Assembly (NCBI GenBank): GCA_963771885.1
Contig: CAVYVF010000023.1
Location: 896,001-960,000, forward strand
From: Candidatus Bathyarchaeota archaeon
Lineage (GTDB): Archaea; Thermoproteota; Bathyarchaeia; TCS64
DNA length: 64,000 nt
Direction: 5' to 3'
Position 1 is the first letter of the stretch. Each line of letters begins with the position of its first letter. The position numbers and the translations under genes are program-made. Under the pieces are notes generated by a model, which was not told the origin of the DNA, did not search any database, and worked only from the letters and a program-made list of their open reading frames with translations. Positions 1-10,448 of this stretch are shown piece by piece.

Positions 1-924
1 AGCTGGGCAGGTGCCAAGGCGATGACCGCGACGAGCGGTCCAGGTTTCAGCCTCATGCAGGAGAACCTCAGCTACGCACACATGACGGAGACGCCTCTCG
101 TCATAGTCGATGTGCAGCGTAGCGGCCCCTCTACGGGGCAGTCGACGGACGCCTCCCAGCAGGACTTCTACCAGGCACGCTACGGTGCGCACGGCGACTA
201 CGAGATAATCGCACTCTCCCCTTGGAGCGCACAGGAGATGTTCGACCTCGCCATAAGGGCATTCAACCTCGCCGAGCAATACAGGACCCCCGTCTATTTC
301 CTCCCAGACGGCATGATCGGCCACATTAAGGAGGAGCTAGTCGTCCCCGAGAAGGTCGAAGTGATCGACAGGAAACCGCCGTCGAGCAAGACGGTGACGC
401 CATTCGGCACGGATGATCCATCGCTCGTACCCGAGATGCCCAAGTTCGGGCAGGGTTACCGCCTACAGGTCACAGGCAGTAGCCATCGCCCGACGGGAGT
501 CCGCGACTACTCCCCCAAGGTCCACGCAGAGAAGGTCAGGCGAATAATGAAGAAGATCACACAGGCCGAGCCAAAGCTCAGGGACGTCGCCAAGGTAGAC
601 CTCGACGACGCCAAGGTAGCGGTCGTCAGCTTCGGCGCCTCCGCGCGCCCCAGCTACGGCGCCGTCAAGAAGCTACGCGAGGAGGGCATAAAGGCGGGGC
701 TCCTCAGGCTCAAGACCCTCTGGCCGCTCCCCGACGAAGAGTTCGTCGACCTAGCAAACAAAGTCGATGCCATCCTCGTCGTGGAGATGAACGCGGGCAA
801 GCTCGTGAGAGAGGTCCAGCGTGCCGCATGCGGGCAGACGAAGATCGCCTCACTCACACGCCTCGGAGGCGTCACGCCGACGCAGGGCGACATCACCCAG
901 GAGCTAAGGAGGCTAGTGCAATGA
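1..924 (+). CDS. korA: 2-oxoacid:ferredoxin oxidoreductase alpha subunit (5'-truncated by window edge)
   Basis: Open frame from base 1 (SWAGAKAMTATSGPGFSLMQE); VDVQRSGPSTG and VEMNAG motifs; followed by beta and gamma subunits. Confidence 0.9.
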   Translation, partial: SWAGAKAMTATSGPGFSLMQENLSYAHMTETPLVIVDVQRSGPSTGQSTDASQQDFYQARYGAHGDYEIIALSPWSAQEMFDLAIRAFNLAEQYRTPVYFLPDGMIGHIKEELVVPEKVEVIDRKPPSSKTVTPFGTDDPSLVPEMPKFGQGYRLQVTGSSHRPTGVRDYSPKVHAEKVRRIMKKITQAEPKLRDVAKVDLDDAKVAVVSFGASARPSYGAVKKLREEGIKAGLLRLKTLWPLPDEEFVDLANKVDAILVVEMNAGKLVREVQRAACGQTKIASLTRLGGVTPTQGDITQELRRLVQ

Positions 925-1943
925 AGAACCTCGGACAGCTAAAGGCAGACTACATAGTCAACAACCTGACAGCGTTCTGCCCTGGCTGCGGAAACGGCAT
1001 GATACTCAACAGCTTCGTGCGCGCCGTCGACGACCTCGGCTGGAACGTCGAGGACATGCTCTGCGTCTCTGGTATCGGGTGCAGCAGTTGGATACCTAGC
1101 CCCCACTTCAGGGGCGACACGCTGCACACTACCCACGGGAGGGCACTCGCATTCGCCACCGGCGCCAAGGTGTTCAACTCCGCGCTGAAGACGGTCGTCT
1201 TCACGGGCGACGGCGACGGCTCGGGCATCGGCGGCAACCACCTCATACACGCGGCGCGCCGCAACATCGGCCTGACATGCATACTCGTCAACAATTTCAA
1301 CTACGCCATGACGGGCGGTCAGATCGCCCCAACGACGCTGCACGACTCCAAGACATCCACAAGCCCATACGGCAACCCTGAGCAGCCCTTCGACATCGCC
1401 AAACTCGTCGCCGCGGCGGGAGCAACCTACGTCGCCAAGTGGACGACGAACCACCCCCTAGAACTCACGAGGAGCATGAAGGAGGCGATGCAGAACCCCG
1501 GCTTCAGCTTCATAGAGGTGCTGAGCCAGTGCCCGACGCAGCAGAGGAACATACTCGGCGTACGCGCACCCGCTCAGGAGCTGCCCAGCAGGCTACTCGA
1601 GATGCTCGCTGAGAGCACCTACATCCACGACAAGGAGGAGAAGAAGAGCTACGTTTACACCGTGCTCGCCGGAGAGCCAGAGGCCGCCCTGAAGGCGGTG
1701 ACGAACGCACTCGGCGCATCGGGCGTGGCGCAGCTCGTCGACCACCTCACCCTCGGCAGGGTGGCGCGCATCGACGCCGACGACATCGAGGCGGCGAAGG
1801 CCAAGCTCAACATCCCCGAGGTCAAGAGGATAGCCGACAGCCGCGAGGGCAAGCAGGAGATAGGCGTCTTCGTCAGGAAGCAGCGCCCCGAGTACACGGA
1901 GGCACTTCGCGAGGTCGGAAGGCGCGCTCGGGGTGAGCAGTGA
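921..1943 (+). CDS. korB: 2-oxoacid:ferredoxin oxidoreductase beta subunit with an extra C-terminal insertion
   Basis: FCPGCG, SGIGCS, HTTHGRA, GDGD...NN TPP motif and SQCPT; ATG 921 overlaps the alpha stop. Confidence 0.9.
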   Translation: MKNLGQLKADYIVNNLTAFCPGCGNGMILNSFVRAVDDLGWNVEDMLCVSGIGCSSWIPSPHFRGDTLHTTHGRALAFATGAKVFNSALKTVVFTGDGDGSGIGGNHLIHAARRNIGLTCILVNNFNYAMTGGQIAPTTLHDSKTSTSPYGNPEQPFDIAKLVAAAGATYVAKWTTNHPLELTRSMKEAMQNPGFSFIEVLSQCPTQQRNILGVRAPAQELPSRLLEMLAESTYIHDKEEKKSYVYTVLAGEPEAALKAVTNALGASGVAQLVDHLTLGRVARIDADDIEAAKAKLNIPEVKRIADSREGKQEIGVFVRKQRPEYTEALREVGRRARGEQ

Positions 1944-2476
1944 TGCAGACGAACATAATGATTAGCGGAACCGGCGGGCAGGGAATACTTGCCGCTGCCG
2001 ACTTCCTCGGCGAGGCACTCTTCAGGAACAACTTTCACGTCGTCGCCACGAGGAGCTACGGCGCCGAGGCCCGCGGGGGCAGCGCCCAGAGCGTCGTCAT
2101 CGCCAGCGACCGGGAGATCTACGACATACAGTTCGAGGCGAGTGACGCCATGCTCGTCCTCAGTCTCCCCGCCTACAGGAAGTACATCGCCGTGGCGCGT
2201 AAGGGCAGCATGGTGATGGTCGACAGCCGTGTCCTGGGTCGCCTCAAGCCTGAGGAGGTCAGGAAGGACGTGGAGACGGTCGCCGTCCCCGCCGCCGACC
2301 TCGCCGAGAACCTCGGCAACCCGATCGTCGCCAACATGGTCATCCTCGCCGCTTACACGAAGAGGACGGGGATAATCCGCCTCGACCAGCTACGCGACGC
2401 CGTCAAGACGCTTATGAGGCCGCAGTTCCACGACCTCAACCTGAAGGCGATCGAGGCCGGCGCCTCGGCAGTCTGA
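1943..2476 (+). CDS. korC: 2-oxoacid:ferredoxin oxidoreductase gamma subunit
   Basis: [15 protein letters not shown] and NMVIL motifs; TGATG overlap with beta. Confidence 0.88.
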   Translation: MQTNIMISGTGGQGILAAADFLGEALFRNNFHVVATRSYGAEARGGSAQSVVIASDREIYDIQFEASDAMLVLSLPAYRKYIAVARKGSMVMVDSRVLGRLKPEEVRKDVETVAVPAADLAENLGNPIVANMVILAAYTKRTGIIRLDQLRDAVKTLMRPQFHDLNLKAIEAGASAV

Positions 2477-2486
2477 GGGACCCGAC

Positions 2487-2921
2487 ACGAGCAGGGAGTA
2501 CCCGGCCCACCCCATCCCCGGCGTCGCCGGAATAGTCGTCCGGGGGCGGGAGATTCTTCTCGTCAAGAGGGGTAATGAGCCCGCCAAGGGTAAGTGGGGC
2601 ATCCCCGGCGGAGTCGTCGAGGTTGGGGAGGCCGTCGAGGAGGCGCTTAAACGCGAGGTACGGGAGGAGACGGGGTGCGAGTGCACGCCCCTCAAGCACC
2701 TTGCCACCTTCGACTCGATACGCCGCGACGAGGACGGTCGCGTCCACTGGCACTACATACTCTTCGAATACCTCTGCAGATACGACTCCGGCGAGGCGAG
2801 GGCGAGCGATGACGCCTCAGAGGCGCGCTGGGTATGCCTCGATGATCTCGGCTCTGTCGATATAATGGAGTCCACGCGTCGCTTCGTCGAGAAGACCGCC
2901 CGAGAAGAAGGGTTAACTTAA
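2487..2921 (+). CDS. Nudix hydrolase (ADP-ribose pyrophosphatase-like), apparent ACG start; absent from ORF track
   Basis: My translation: (T/M)[62 protein letters not shown]...HYILFEY...DDASEARW...TAA; complete Nudix box. Confidence 0.88.
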   Translation, partial: TSREYPAHPIPGVAGIVVRGREILLVKRGNEPAKGKWGIPGGVVEVGEAVEEALKREVREETGCECTPLKHLATFDSIRRDEDGRVHWHYILFEYLCRYDSGEARASDDASEARWVCLDDLGSVDIMESTRRFVEKTAREEGLT

Positions 2922-2935
2922 CCAACTGGATACAC

Positions 2936-2943
2936 TTTATATA
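2936..2943 (+). promoter_or_regulatory. TATA box upstream of the tusA-dsrE cluster
   Basis: TTTATATA about 33 nt before ATG 2976 in an AT-rich gap. Confidence 0.55.
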
Positions 2944-2975
2944 TTATTCCATCCATTTGGTTACCTAGATTCCGC

Positions 2976-3203
2976 ATGTCCGTCGACGTTGAGATTGACG
3001 CGAAGGGGCTCAGATGCCCCATGCCCATAATGAAAGCCGCGAAGGCGATCAAGGAGATGCAAACGGGGCAGACACTCCGAGTACAGGCGACCGACCCGGG
3101 CTCGAAGAAGGACTTTGAGGGCTGGGCCAAGAATGGCGGGCACACCCTCCTAAGCGTCGAGGAAGGGAGCGGCGTCTACACCTACACGATAAGGAAGGGA
3201 TGA
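2976..3203 (+). CDS. tusA: TusA/SirA-family sulfur carrier
   Basis: DAKGLRCPMP (CPxP motif), 75 aa, TDPGS. Confidence 0.9.
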   Translation: MSVDVEIDAKGLRCPMPIMKAAKAIKEMQTGQTLRVQATDPGSKKDFEGWAKNGGHTLLSVEEGSGVYTYTIRKG

Positions 3204-3207
3204 AAGT

Positions 3208-3634
3208 ATGAGTGAAACAAAGCCGAAGAAGATGGCGATCATAGTCCACTCGGGCAGCCTCGATAAGCTCTACCCCGTCTTCATGCTGAGCAGCACCGGC
3301 GCAGCCATGGACGTGGAGACCCACCTGTTCTTCACGTTCTGGGGTCTGATGGCGCTCAAGAAAGGCGGGCTAGAATCCGCTGGGCTCCCCGGCTTCATGA
3401 CGATCGGCACAGGGATGATGAAGGGCAAGATCGCGGACGCCAAGGTTCCCACCCTTGACGGAGCTTCTGAAGATGTGCCGCCAGATGGGCAACGTAAAGA
3501 TCTACGCCTGCAGCACAACGATGGAGATAATGGGCGTCAAGAAGGAAGACCTCATACCCGAGGTCGACGACATCGTCGGCGCCGCCAGCTTCCTCAGCAT
3601 CGCCCTCGACAGCGACGTGCAACTCTTCATCTAG
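3208..3634 (+). CDS. DsrE2/DsrE-like (DsrE/DsrF/DrsH family) sulfurtransferase, +1 frameshift near 3460
   Basis: N-half HLFFTFWGL; after the shift ELLKMCRQMGNVKIYACSTTMEIMGVKKEDLIPEVDDIVGAASFL...LFI-stop. Confidence 0.8.
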
Positions 3635-4009
3635 GTGCCTACGTTGGCCCGGCTGACTATACTGCTCTGCCACAGCCCGTTCCACCACGAGTCAGTGGAC
3701 GAGGCCATTGAGATTGGGCGCGCCGCCCTCGCCAAGGGGCACGCCCTCGACCTCTACCTCATGATGGACGGCGTCTACTGCGCCTACACGAAGCAGAGCG
3801 GGGAGCCCTTCAACGTCGAGGCAGTCCACGCGAGGCTCACAGACCTAATGGCGAAGGGCGGAAGGGTCGTCCTCTGCAGGGTCTGCGCCGAGCTACGGGG
3901 CATATCCGATGAGAACACGCCGAAGGGCGTCGAGATGGGCGGCTTATTCGACCTAAGCGAGTCCATAGGCGAGTCCGACGCCGTATTAACATTCGCGGGG
4001 GGAGTCTGA
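3635..4009 (+). CDS. DsrE/TusD-like sulfur relay protein
   Basis: LYLMMDGV and LCRVCAELRG (Cys at the DsrE active-site position); ends DAVLTF. Confidence 0.78.
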   Translation: MPTLARLTILLCHSPFHHESVDEAIEIGRAALAKGHALDLYLMMDGVYCAYTKQSGEPFNVEAVHARLTDLMAKGGRVVLCRVCAELRGISDENTPKGVEMGGLFDLSESIGESDAVLTFAGGV

Positions 4010-4010
4010 C

Positions 4011-4349
4011 GTGCCCGAGAAGACGCTTCTAATAGTCATAAGGTCCCCGCCTCACACGACACTTGACACCTACGAGGGCACACGCGTCGCCGCGGGTCTA
4101 ATAGAACACCGACTAAGGATACTTTACACGGGGGACGGCGTCTATGCCGCCACTAAACGCTTGGACAACGCCCTCGCCGGGCAGTTTCTATCCGATCTCC
4201 CCGACCTAGGCACAGAGTTCTACGCCGACGCCGATGCGATGGAGGAAAGGGGACTAAGTGAGAACGATATGCTGCCAATCGTGAAGATCGCGGACGGAGA
4301 GAAACTGAAGGTGCTGGTCTCGGAGGCGGAGGCCTCCCTCTCGTTCTGA
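4011..4349 (+). CDS. DsrF/TusC-like protein
   Basis: IRSPPH, YTGDGVY and ERGL motifs; position between DsrE and DsrH. Confidence 0.7.
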   Translation: MPEKTLLIVIRSPPHTTLDTYEGTRVAAGLIEHRLRILYTGDGVYAATKRLDNALAGQFLSDLPDLGTEFYADADAMEERGLSENDMLPIVKIADGEKLKVLVSEAEASLSF

Positions 4350-4358
4350 GGTGAAAGA

Positions 4359-4607
4359 ATGGGGAAACTAATAATCATCAGGAAGAGGGACCTGGAGCAA
4401 CTACGTCTTGCTGAGTCGATCGAGGGCGCCTCGATACTTCTCCTCCAGGACGGGGCGTACCTCGCCGAGAAGACGAAGGTGACGACATACGTCTCCGCCG
4501 AGGATGCCAGGAAGAGGGGCGTCAAACTCGACGGCGCTGAGCCGATGGGCTACGCCGAGATCGTGGGCCTGCTCCTCGAGCGAGGCCATACAGTGGTCAA
4601 CCTGTAG
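4359..4607 (+). CDS. DsrH/TusB-like protein
   Basis: LLLQDG and EDARKRG motifs, 82 aa. Confidence 0.72.
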   Translation: MGKLIIIRKRDLEQLRLAESIEGASILLLQDGAYLAEKTKVTTYVSAEDARKRGVKLDGAEPMGYAEIVGLLLERGHTVVNL

Positions 4608-5063
4608 GTGACACGCATGGACATGGATGAGGTAGACCGGAGGATAATTGAGCTGCTCTCAGGGGACGCCAGGCTCAGCTTCAGGGACATCGCTAAGAGG
4701 ATCGGCGCGAGCCACGCAAACGTCTCGGCCAGGATAAAGAGGCTGGAGGAGGGCGGCGTCATCAAGGGCTACTCGGTCGTCGTCGACCCGGACGCCGAGG
4801 GCCTCTACCCCCTCTGCCTGCGCATCTCCGGGAGGTCAGGCCACGAGCTCTCAGAGATAGGCAGGAGGATAGCCGAGTTCCCGCAGGTACACGTCGTGAT
4901 GCGGGTGAGCGGGGAGTGCGAGCTCCTCGCCCTTACTCTATCGGCGGATCGCCAGTCCGCCCTCGACCTGCTCGCCGAGATAAACAGGATACCCGGCATA
5001 GAGAAGGCGGAGAGCCACGTCGTGCTTGAATCCTTGAAGCTGTCGGGGTTCCGCCTCAAGTAG
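4608..5063 (+). CDS. Lrp/AsnC family transcriptional regulator
   Basis: MDEVDRRII...DARLSFRDIAK...RIKRLEEGGVIKGY HTH followed by a RAM domain. Confidence 0.9.
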   Translation: MTRMDMDEVDRRIIELLSGDARLSFRDIAKRIGASHANVSARIKRLEEGGVIKGYSVVVDPDAEGLYPLCLRISGRSGHELSEIGRRIAEFPQVHVVMRVSGECELLALTLSADRQSALDLLAEINRIPGIEKAESHVVLESLKLSGFRLK

Positions 5064-5110
5064 CCTCGAAGCCGTTTTTAACCACACGACTCACCGTTCT
5101 CTGAGGCACT

Positions 5111-7185
5111 TTGTTCAGGGTCAGCGTTGACGTCGGCGGCACATTCACGGACCTCGTCGCACTCGACGAGGAGACCGGGGCCGTGGAGAACATCAAGGTT
5201 CCTTCTGTCCCCCGTAACCCAGAGAGGGGCGTGACTGATGCCTTCGCGAAGTGGCTCGATGGACACAGCGCCGATAAGGTGCGCCTCGTCGGACACGCGA
5301 CCACAATCGCCACGAACGCCCTCCTCGGCCAGGTCGACCTGGAGGTGCCGAATATCGCCCTCATCACCACCAAGGGCTTCAGGGATGTAGTCGAGATCGG
5401 GCGCCAGCGCCGCGCCGAGGTCTACAACCTCTTCTTCCAGCGCCCCCCGCAGCTTGTAGAGCGTAGGCTCAGGTTCGAGGTCGCCGAGAGGGTAGACCAC
5501 GACGGGACTGTTAGCGAAAAGCTCGATGAAGCGGGGCTCTCATCAGTTCTCGACGAAATACGACGCCTTGGCATCTCCTCGATCGCTATATCCTTCCTGA
5601 ACAGCTACGCCAACCGCGCGCATGAGGAGCGCGCGCTGTCCCTCGCGAAGGAGCGAAGGACGGCGCCTTACCTCACGGCATCTTGCCACATTTCGAACGA
5701 GTATCGCGAGTACGAGAGGACGAGCACGGCGGTCGTCAACGCGGTTCTGATGCCGATTATCCACAAATACCTCACACAGCTCGGCGGCGACCTCAGGAGC
5801 CTCAGCGTCGAGGCGCCCCTCTATGTCATGCAGAGCAACGGCGGGCTATCAACCGCCGCGAATGTCTCAGAGAAGCCCGCTACAATAGTCGAGTCGGGAC
5901 CAGCCGCAGGTGTGATCGCTGCCGCGTGGCTCAGCGAGCTCGTAGGTGCCGGTGATATAGTCAGCTTCGACATGGGCGGCACGACGGCGAAGGCGGGTAC
6001 CGTCCGCGGCAGGATGCCCGAGGTCGTCCCCGAGTACGAGGTCGCAGGCCACATACACATGGGGCGCCTCGTCAAGGGCAGCGGCTACCCCGTCAGGTTC
6101 CCGTTCATAGACCTCGCTGAGTGCAGCAGCGGCGGTGGCACGATCGCCTGGGCGGACGAGGGGGGAGCGTTGCGAGTCGGCCCCACGAGCGCAGGCGCAT
6201 ACCCCGGCCCTGCCTGCTACGGGCGAGGAGGCACACAACCCACGATCACCGACGCAAATCTCCTTCTCGGGCGACTGAACACCAGCAGCCTGCTAAGCGG
6301 CGGGATGCCAATCTACCCCGAGAAGGGGAGAATAGCTCTCGAAGAGCTCGGCGAGAAAATTGGACTCGGCGCCGAGGAAACGGCGATCAGCATCATACGA
6401 ATCGCCAACTCGATGATGGGCAAGATACTCCGCATTGTCTCAGTCGAGAGGGGCTACGACCCACGCAGCTTCACCCTCATCGCCTTCGGTGGCGCGGGAC
6501 CTATGCACGTCTGCCCACTCGCCGAGGAGCTCGAGGTCAACAGAATCATCGTGCCACCCAACCCAGGAATGTTCAGCGCCCTCGGGCTGCTCACGGCGGA
6601 CCTCTTCCATGACTATGTCCGACCCGTGGTCAAGCGAGTTAGCGCAGTCGATCCGGCTCGATGTCGAGACGGCGTTCCGCGAGATGGAGATAGAGGGGAG
6701 AGCGAGACTCAGCGCAGAAGGCGTCCCCGGCGTGGGCATGAGCTTCCTCCGTCAAGTCGACCTCCGATACATGGGGCAGGCCTACGAGCTCGCGATACGC
6801 GCACCGAGGAGGGTCACACGGCGAGTCGCTCGCAGCCACGGTCATCGCCTTCCATAGGCGCCACACCGAGGCATACGGCTACGCCGCCGAGTCGGAGCCA
6901 GTTGAGCTGGTCAGCTTACGCCTCAGGGCAGTCGGTGCCATCCCGAAGCCAGCCCTAAAGGGGGGAAGAAAGGGAACCGCTCAGGTTAGTGGAAAGCGCC
7001 ACGTCTACTTCGAGACGAATGGAGGCTGGGCTGATACGCCCGTCATCCAGCGCGGCGAGGGATGGATGGGCACAGTTGATGGACCGGCCATCGTGGAGCA
7101 ATACGACGCAACTACAGTCGTCTACCCGGGCTGGTTCGTGGAGACTGATGGGGTGGGCAACCTCGTCCTCGGGAGGGTCAAGTGA
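5111..7185 (+). CDS. Hydantoinase A / 5-oxoprolinase subunit, two +1 frameshifts (near 6660 and 6815-6840)
   Basis: VDVGGTFTD, EYERTSTAV, DMGGTT, FGGAG; continues VDLRYMGQAYEL, then FHRRHTEAYGY...GPAIVEQYDATTVV...GNL to TGA 7185. Confidence 0.88.
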
Positions 7186-8861
7186 TGGTTGATAAGACTA
7201 CTGTCGAGGTCATTCGTGGCGCGCTCGTCTACGCCGCCGAGGAGATGGGCATCGCCCTCAAGAAGTCGGCGTACAGCCCAAACATCAAGGAAAGGATGGA
7301 TCATAGCTGCGCCCTCTTCGACTCCAACCGCAGGCTCATCGCTCAGGCGGAGCACATTCCCGTCCACCTCGGCTCAATGGCCCTCGCTGTCCGCGAGGGA
7401 CTCGCCGCCTACAAGGGCATCTTAGAACCTGGAGATATGATACTCCTCAACGACCCCTACCTCAGCGGCACCCATCTCCCAGACCTCACACTCATAGCCC
7501 CCATCTACAGCGAGGAGCGGCTAATCGGCTACGCCGCTAACAAGGCGCACCACACCGACGTCGGCGGTAAGGCCCCCGGCAGCATCGCCGGAGACTCAAC
7601 GGAGCTATACCAGGAGGGTCTAATCATACCCCCCGTCAAGTTCGTCAAGGCCGGAGCCGTAGATCCCGAACTCGCGTTGCTACTGCGTAGCAACGTCAGG
7701 ACACCAGACGTTCAAATGGGGGACCTTCGCGCTCAGATCGCTGCGAACAACACGGGGGTCCGCCGCGTCGTCGAGCTAGTTGAGAAGTACAGTGCCGAGA
7801 CACTCAACGCTGCGATGGGCGAGATCATGGACTACTCTGAGCGCCGCATGAGAGCCGCCATCGGGGAGATGCCTCGCGGAGAATACGCGGCGTCCGACTA
7901 TATGGAGGACGTCCCCGGTATCGGCCTCGCTGAGATCAGGGTAAAAGTCACCGTTGAGGGGGATGGAGTCACATTCGACTACGCCGGCACATGCCAGCAG
8001 GTCGAGGCGCCTATCAATGCACCCCTCGGCGTCACCATCGCCGGCATCTACTACACACTAATAACCGTCACAGACCCCACAATCCCGGTGAACGATGGCT
8101 GCTTCCGCCCCATCACGCTGCAAATCCCAGAGGGTACCATGATTAACCCGAGGAGGCCTGCTCCCGTCGCCGGCGGCAACGTCGAGACGAGTCAGCGAAA
8201 CGTCGATGTCCTCATGAAGGCGTTCGCCGAGATCGTGCCCTCGCGGGTTCCGGCGGCGGGGCTTGGCACGATGAGTAACGTGAGCGTCGGCGGGACGCGC
8301 CTCGACGGGACGCCATGGACCTTTTACGAGACCATCGGTGGTGGCTCTGGTGCCCGCCCCAACGGCGACGGCGTCGACGGTGTCCACGTTAACATGACGA
8401 ATACGATGAACACGCCTATTGAGAGCCTCGAGGCGTACCTGCCGATGCGCTTCATCTCCTACGCCCTTCGCCCCGACACGGGCGGCCTCGGCGAGTACCG
8501 CGGTGGCTGCGGGATAGAGCGCGTCTGGGTGCTCACCGCCCCGAAGGCGACGCTGAGCGTCCTCGCCGAGAGGACGAAGATACATCCTTGGGGACTACGC
8601 GGGGGGAAGCCCGGCGGACTAGGCGAGTACAAAATAATGAAGAAGAGTGGAGAAACTATCACCCTGCCCTCGAAGTGTACGGTGCGTATCGAGGAGGGGG
8701 ATACCCTCATCATCCACACCCCGGGCGGAGGAGGCTACGGCGACCCCCATAAGCGCGATCCAGAGAGTGTGAGAAGGGACGTCCTAAACGGTCTGGTTTC
8801 CCCCGAGGTAGCGAGGCGAGAATACGGCATCGAGGTATCCGAAGATAAAAAAGCTGCTTAG
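7185..8861 (+). CDS. Hydantoinase B / oxoprolinase subunit
   Basis: SPNIKERMDHSCA, HIPVHLG, NDPYLSGTHLPD, TPGGGGYG. Confidence 0.92.
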   Translation: MVDKTTVEVIRGALVYAAEEMGIALKKSAYSPNIKERMDHSCALFDSNRRLIAQAEHIPVHLGSMALAVREGLAAYKGILEPGDMILLNDPYLSGTHLPDLTLIAPIYSEERLIGYAANKAHHTDVGGKAPGSIAGDSTELYQEGLIIPPVKFVKAGAVDPELALLLRSNVRTPDVQMGDLRAQIAANNTGVRRVVELVEKYSAETLNAAMGEIMDYSERRMRAAIGEMPRGEYAASDYMEDVPGIGLAEIRVKVTVEGDGVTFDYAGTCQQVEAPINAPLGVTIAGIYYTLITVTDPTIPVNDGCFRPITLQIPEGTMINPRRPAPVAGGNVETSQRNVDVLMKAFAEIVPSRVPAAGLGTMSNVSVGGTRLDGTPWTFYETIGGGSGARPNGDGVDGVHVNMTNTMNTPIESLEAYLPMRFISYALRPDTGGLGEYRGGCGIERVWVLTAPKATLSVLAERTKIHPWGLRGGKPGGLGEYKIMKKSGETITLPSKCTVRIEEGDTLIIHTPGGGGYGDPHKRDPESVRRDVLNGLVSPEVARREYGIEVSEDKKAA

Positions 8862-8875
8862 GAATCCCTTCCCCA

Positions 8876-10070
8876 CTACGCCTTGAAGAAACCCTTCATA
8901 GCGATTATCACCAAGCCTGCTAAGAGGCTGAAGGCCGCGCTGAAGTAGAACACCCATTCTATGGGTGCAATGGATAGGATGTAGCTCGAGGCGAAGACGC
9001 CAATTGTGCCGCCGAGGCTCATCATCATTCCCCAGACCCCCGTGGCGGAGCCCCTGTCCCAGACTGGGAGCGCCTCCATGGTGACTGCCTGGCTCACTGG
9101 AAACTCGAGGACTGCGCAGAGGCCGAGGAGCCCCATCAGAGCGATGAGCATCCATGGCGCACCCGTGTAAGGGAGGAGGGCGAAGGCGACGACGCTGACT
9201 AGCAGGCCCATGACTATGGGGGTGAAGCGCCCGATCCTGTCAGAGAGGGTGCCCACTATGGGCAGCCCCACTGCAATCATAAGCGCGTTGGCCGTCAACG
9301 CCAATCCTATGGAGACCGAATTGAAGCCGAGCTTCGCCCCGAAGAGGGGTATGAAGGTTATGCAGCCCCCAGTGGCAGAAGGCGTGGCTGAAGACGGCGA
9401 CGGAGCCCACGAAGACCCTCCTGTTCCCGAGCATCCGGCGCACTGTCGCCGGGAACCCCTTGAGCATCTTGAGCGTCTCCCCCGACACCTTCCCGCCATT
9501 CATGTGCTCAATATCGGTGTGGGTCAATAGCCAGAAGATTATCATGCTCGTCCCTGTTAGGAGACCTGCGATCATGAAGACTGGGCGGTAGTCGGGGAAG
9601 TATAGGGCGAGGAAACCACCGAGGCTGGGGCCGATTATGCTGCTCGTCGCCCAACTCATGTGGAAGCGGCCCATCGCCGTCCCTGCCTTCTCTGGCGGGT
9701 ATAGGCTCGAGGCGTATGCCTCGGCGGGTGGGAAGAATATGCTGACTCCTAGCCCACTGACGAACATAGCGACTAGCGGGAGGAAGGCGTCTTGGGCGAG
9801 GAAGTATATGAAGGGCACAAGTGTGAGGAAGCCGAGGCCGAGGAAGATGAGTTTCTTCCTCCCAAATATGTCACTGAACGAGCCCGCGATGAGGCGGAGA
9901 AACGTCTGCTCAACGTTCCTGATGTTGTAGACGAGCCCGACGACGGCTGGCGATATACCTAGACCAGCGATGAAGAGGGGCTGGAAGCTCTGAGGAACCG
10001 TGTCGCCTAGCATTGCTGTGAAGGTGGCACCCCAGATGCCCATGAAGACTAGACGTTTTTTGTTGTCCAT
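8876..10070 (-). CDS. MFS transporter, +1 frameshift near 9360
   Basis: GSFSDIFGRK and GTLSDRIGR motif A in the two halves (ORFs 9240-10070 and 8876-9499). Confidence 0.85.
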
Positions 10071-10199
10071 TGAGGTCTCTCGGTTATGCTGGGATACGGA
10101 GGCGACGGGCAGGGGATTAAAAGGTTACCAAGAAATGAGACAACCTAGTCGGGGGCTTTCATAGGGGTTATAAGCAACGACTCTGAAGCGTCCAATGAT

Positions 10200-10448
10200 A
10201 TGTGCCTAGCCATACCTGGGAAGATAGAGTCGATTGACGGTAGGACGGCGGTTGTCGACTTCGGTGGCGTCAAACGTGAGGCGATCATCGACCTCATGGA
10301 GAAGGGCACCGTAAACCCCGGCACATGGGTCCTCGTCCACACCGGCTTCGTCATACAGACTCTAGACGAGAACGAGGCCCTTGAGACGCTAGAGGCATGG
10401 AAAGAGGTCCTCGCTAACACCCCGAACCCTGATGATGTTAATCTCTAA
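10200..10448 (+). CDS. hypC: HypC/HupF hydrogenase maturation chaperone
   Basis: MCLAIPGK N-terminus and WVLVHTGF. Confidence 0.93.
   Translation: MCLAIPGKIESIDGRTAVVDFGGVKREAIIDLMEKGTVNPGTWVLVHTGFVIQTLDENEALETLEAWKEVLANTPNPDDVNL

Noticed and set aside
3450..3470. Programmed frameshifting or Sec/Pyl recoding as the cause of the split genes
   Set aside because: No common slippery sequence, and no in-frame TGA/TAG at conserved catalytic positions; indel error is more parsimonious
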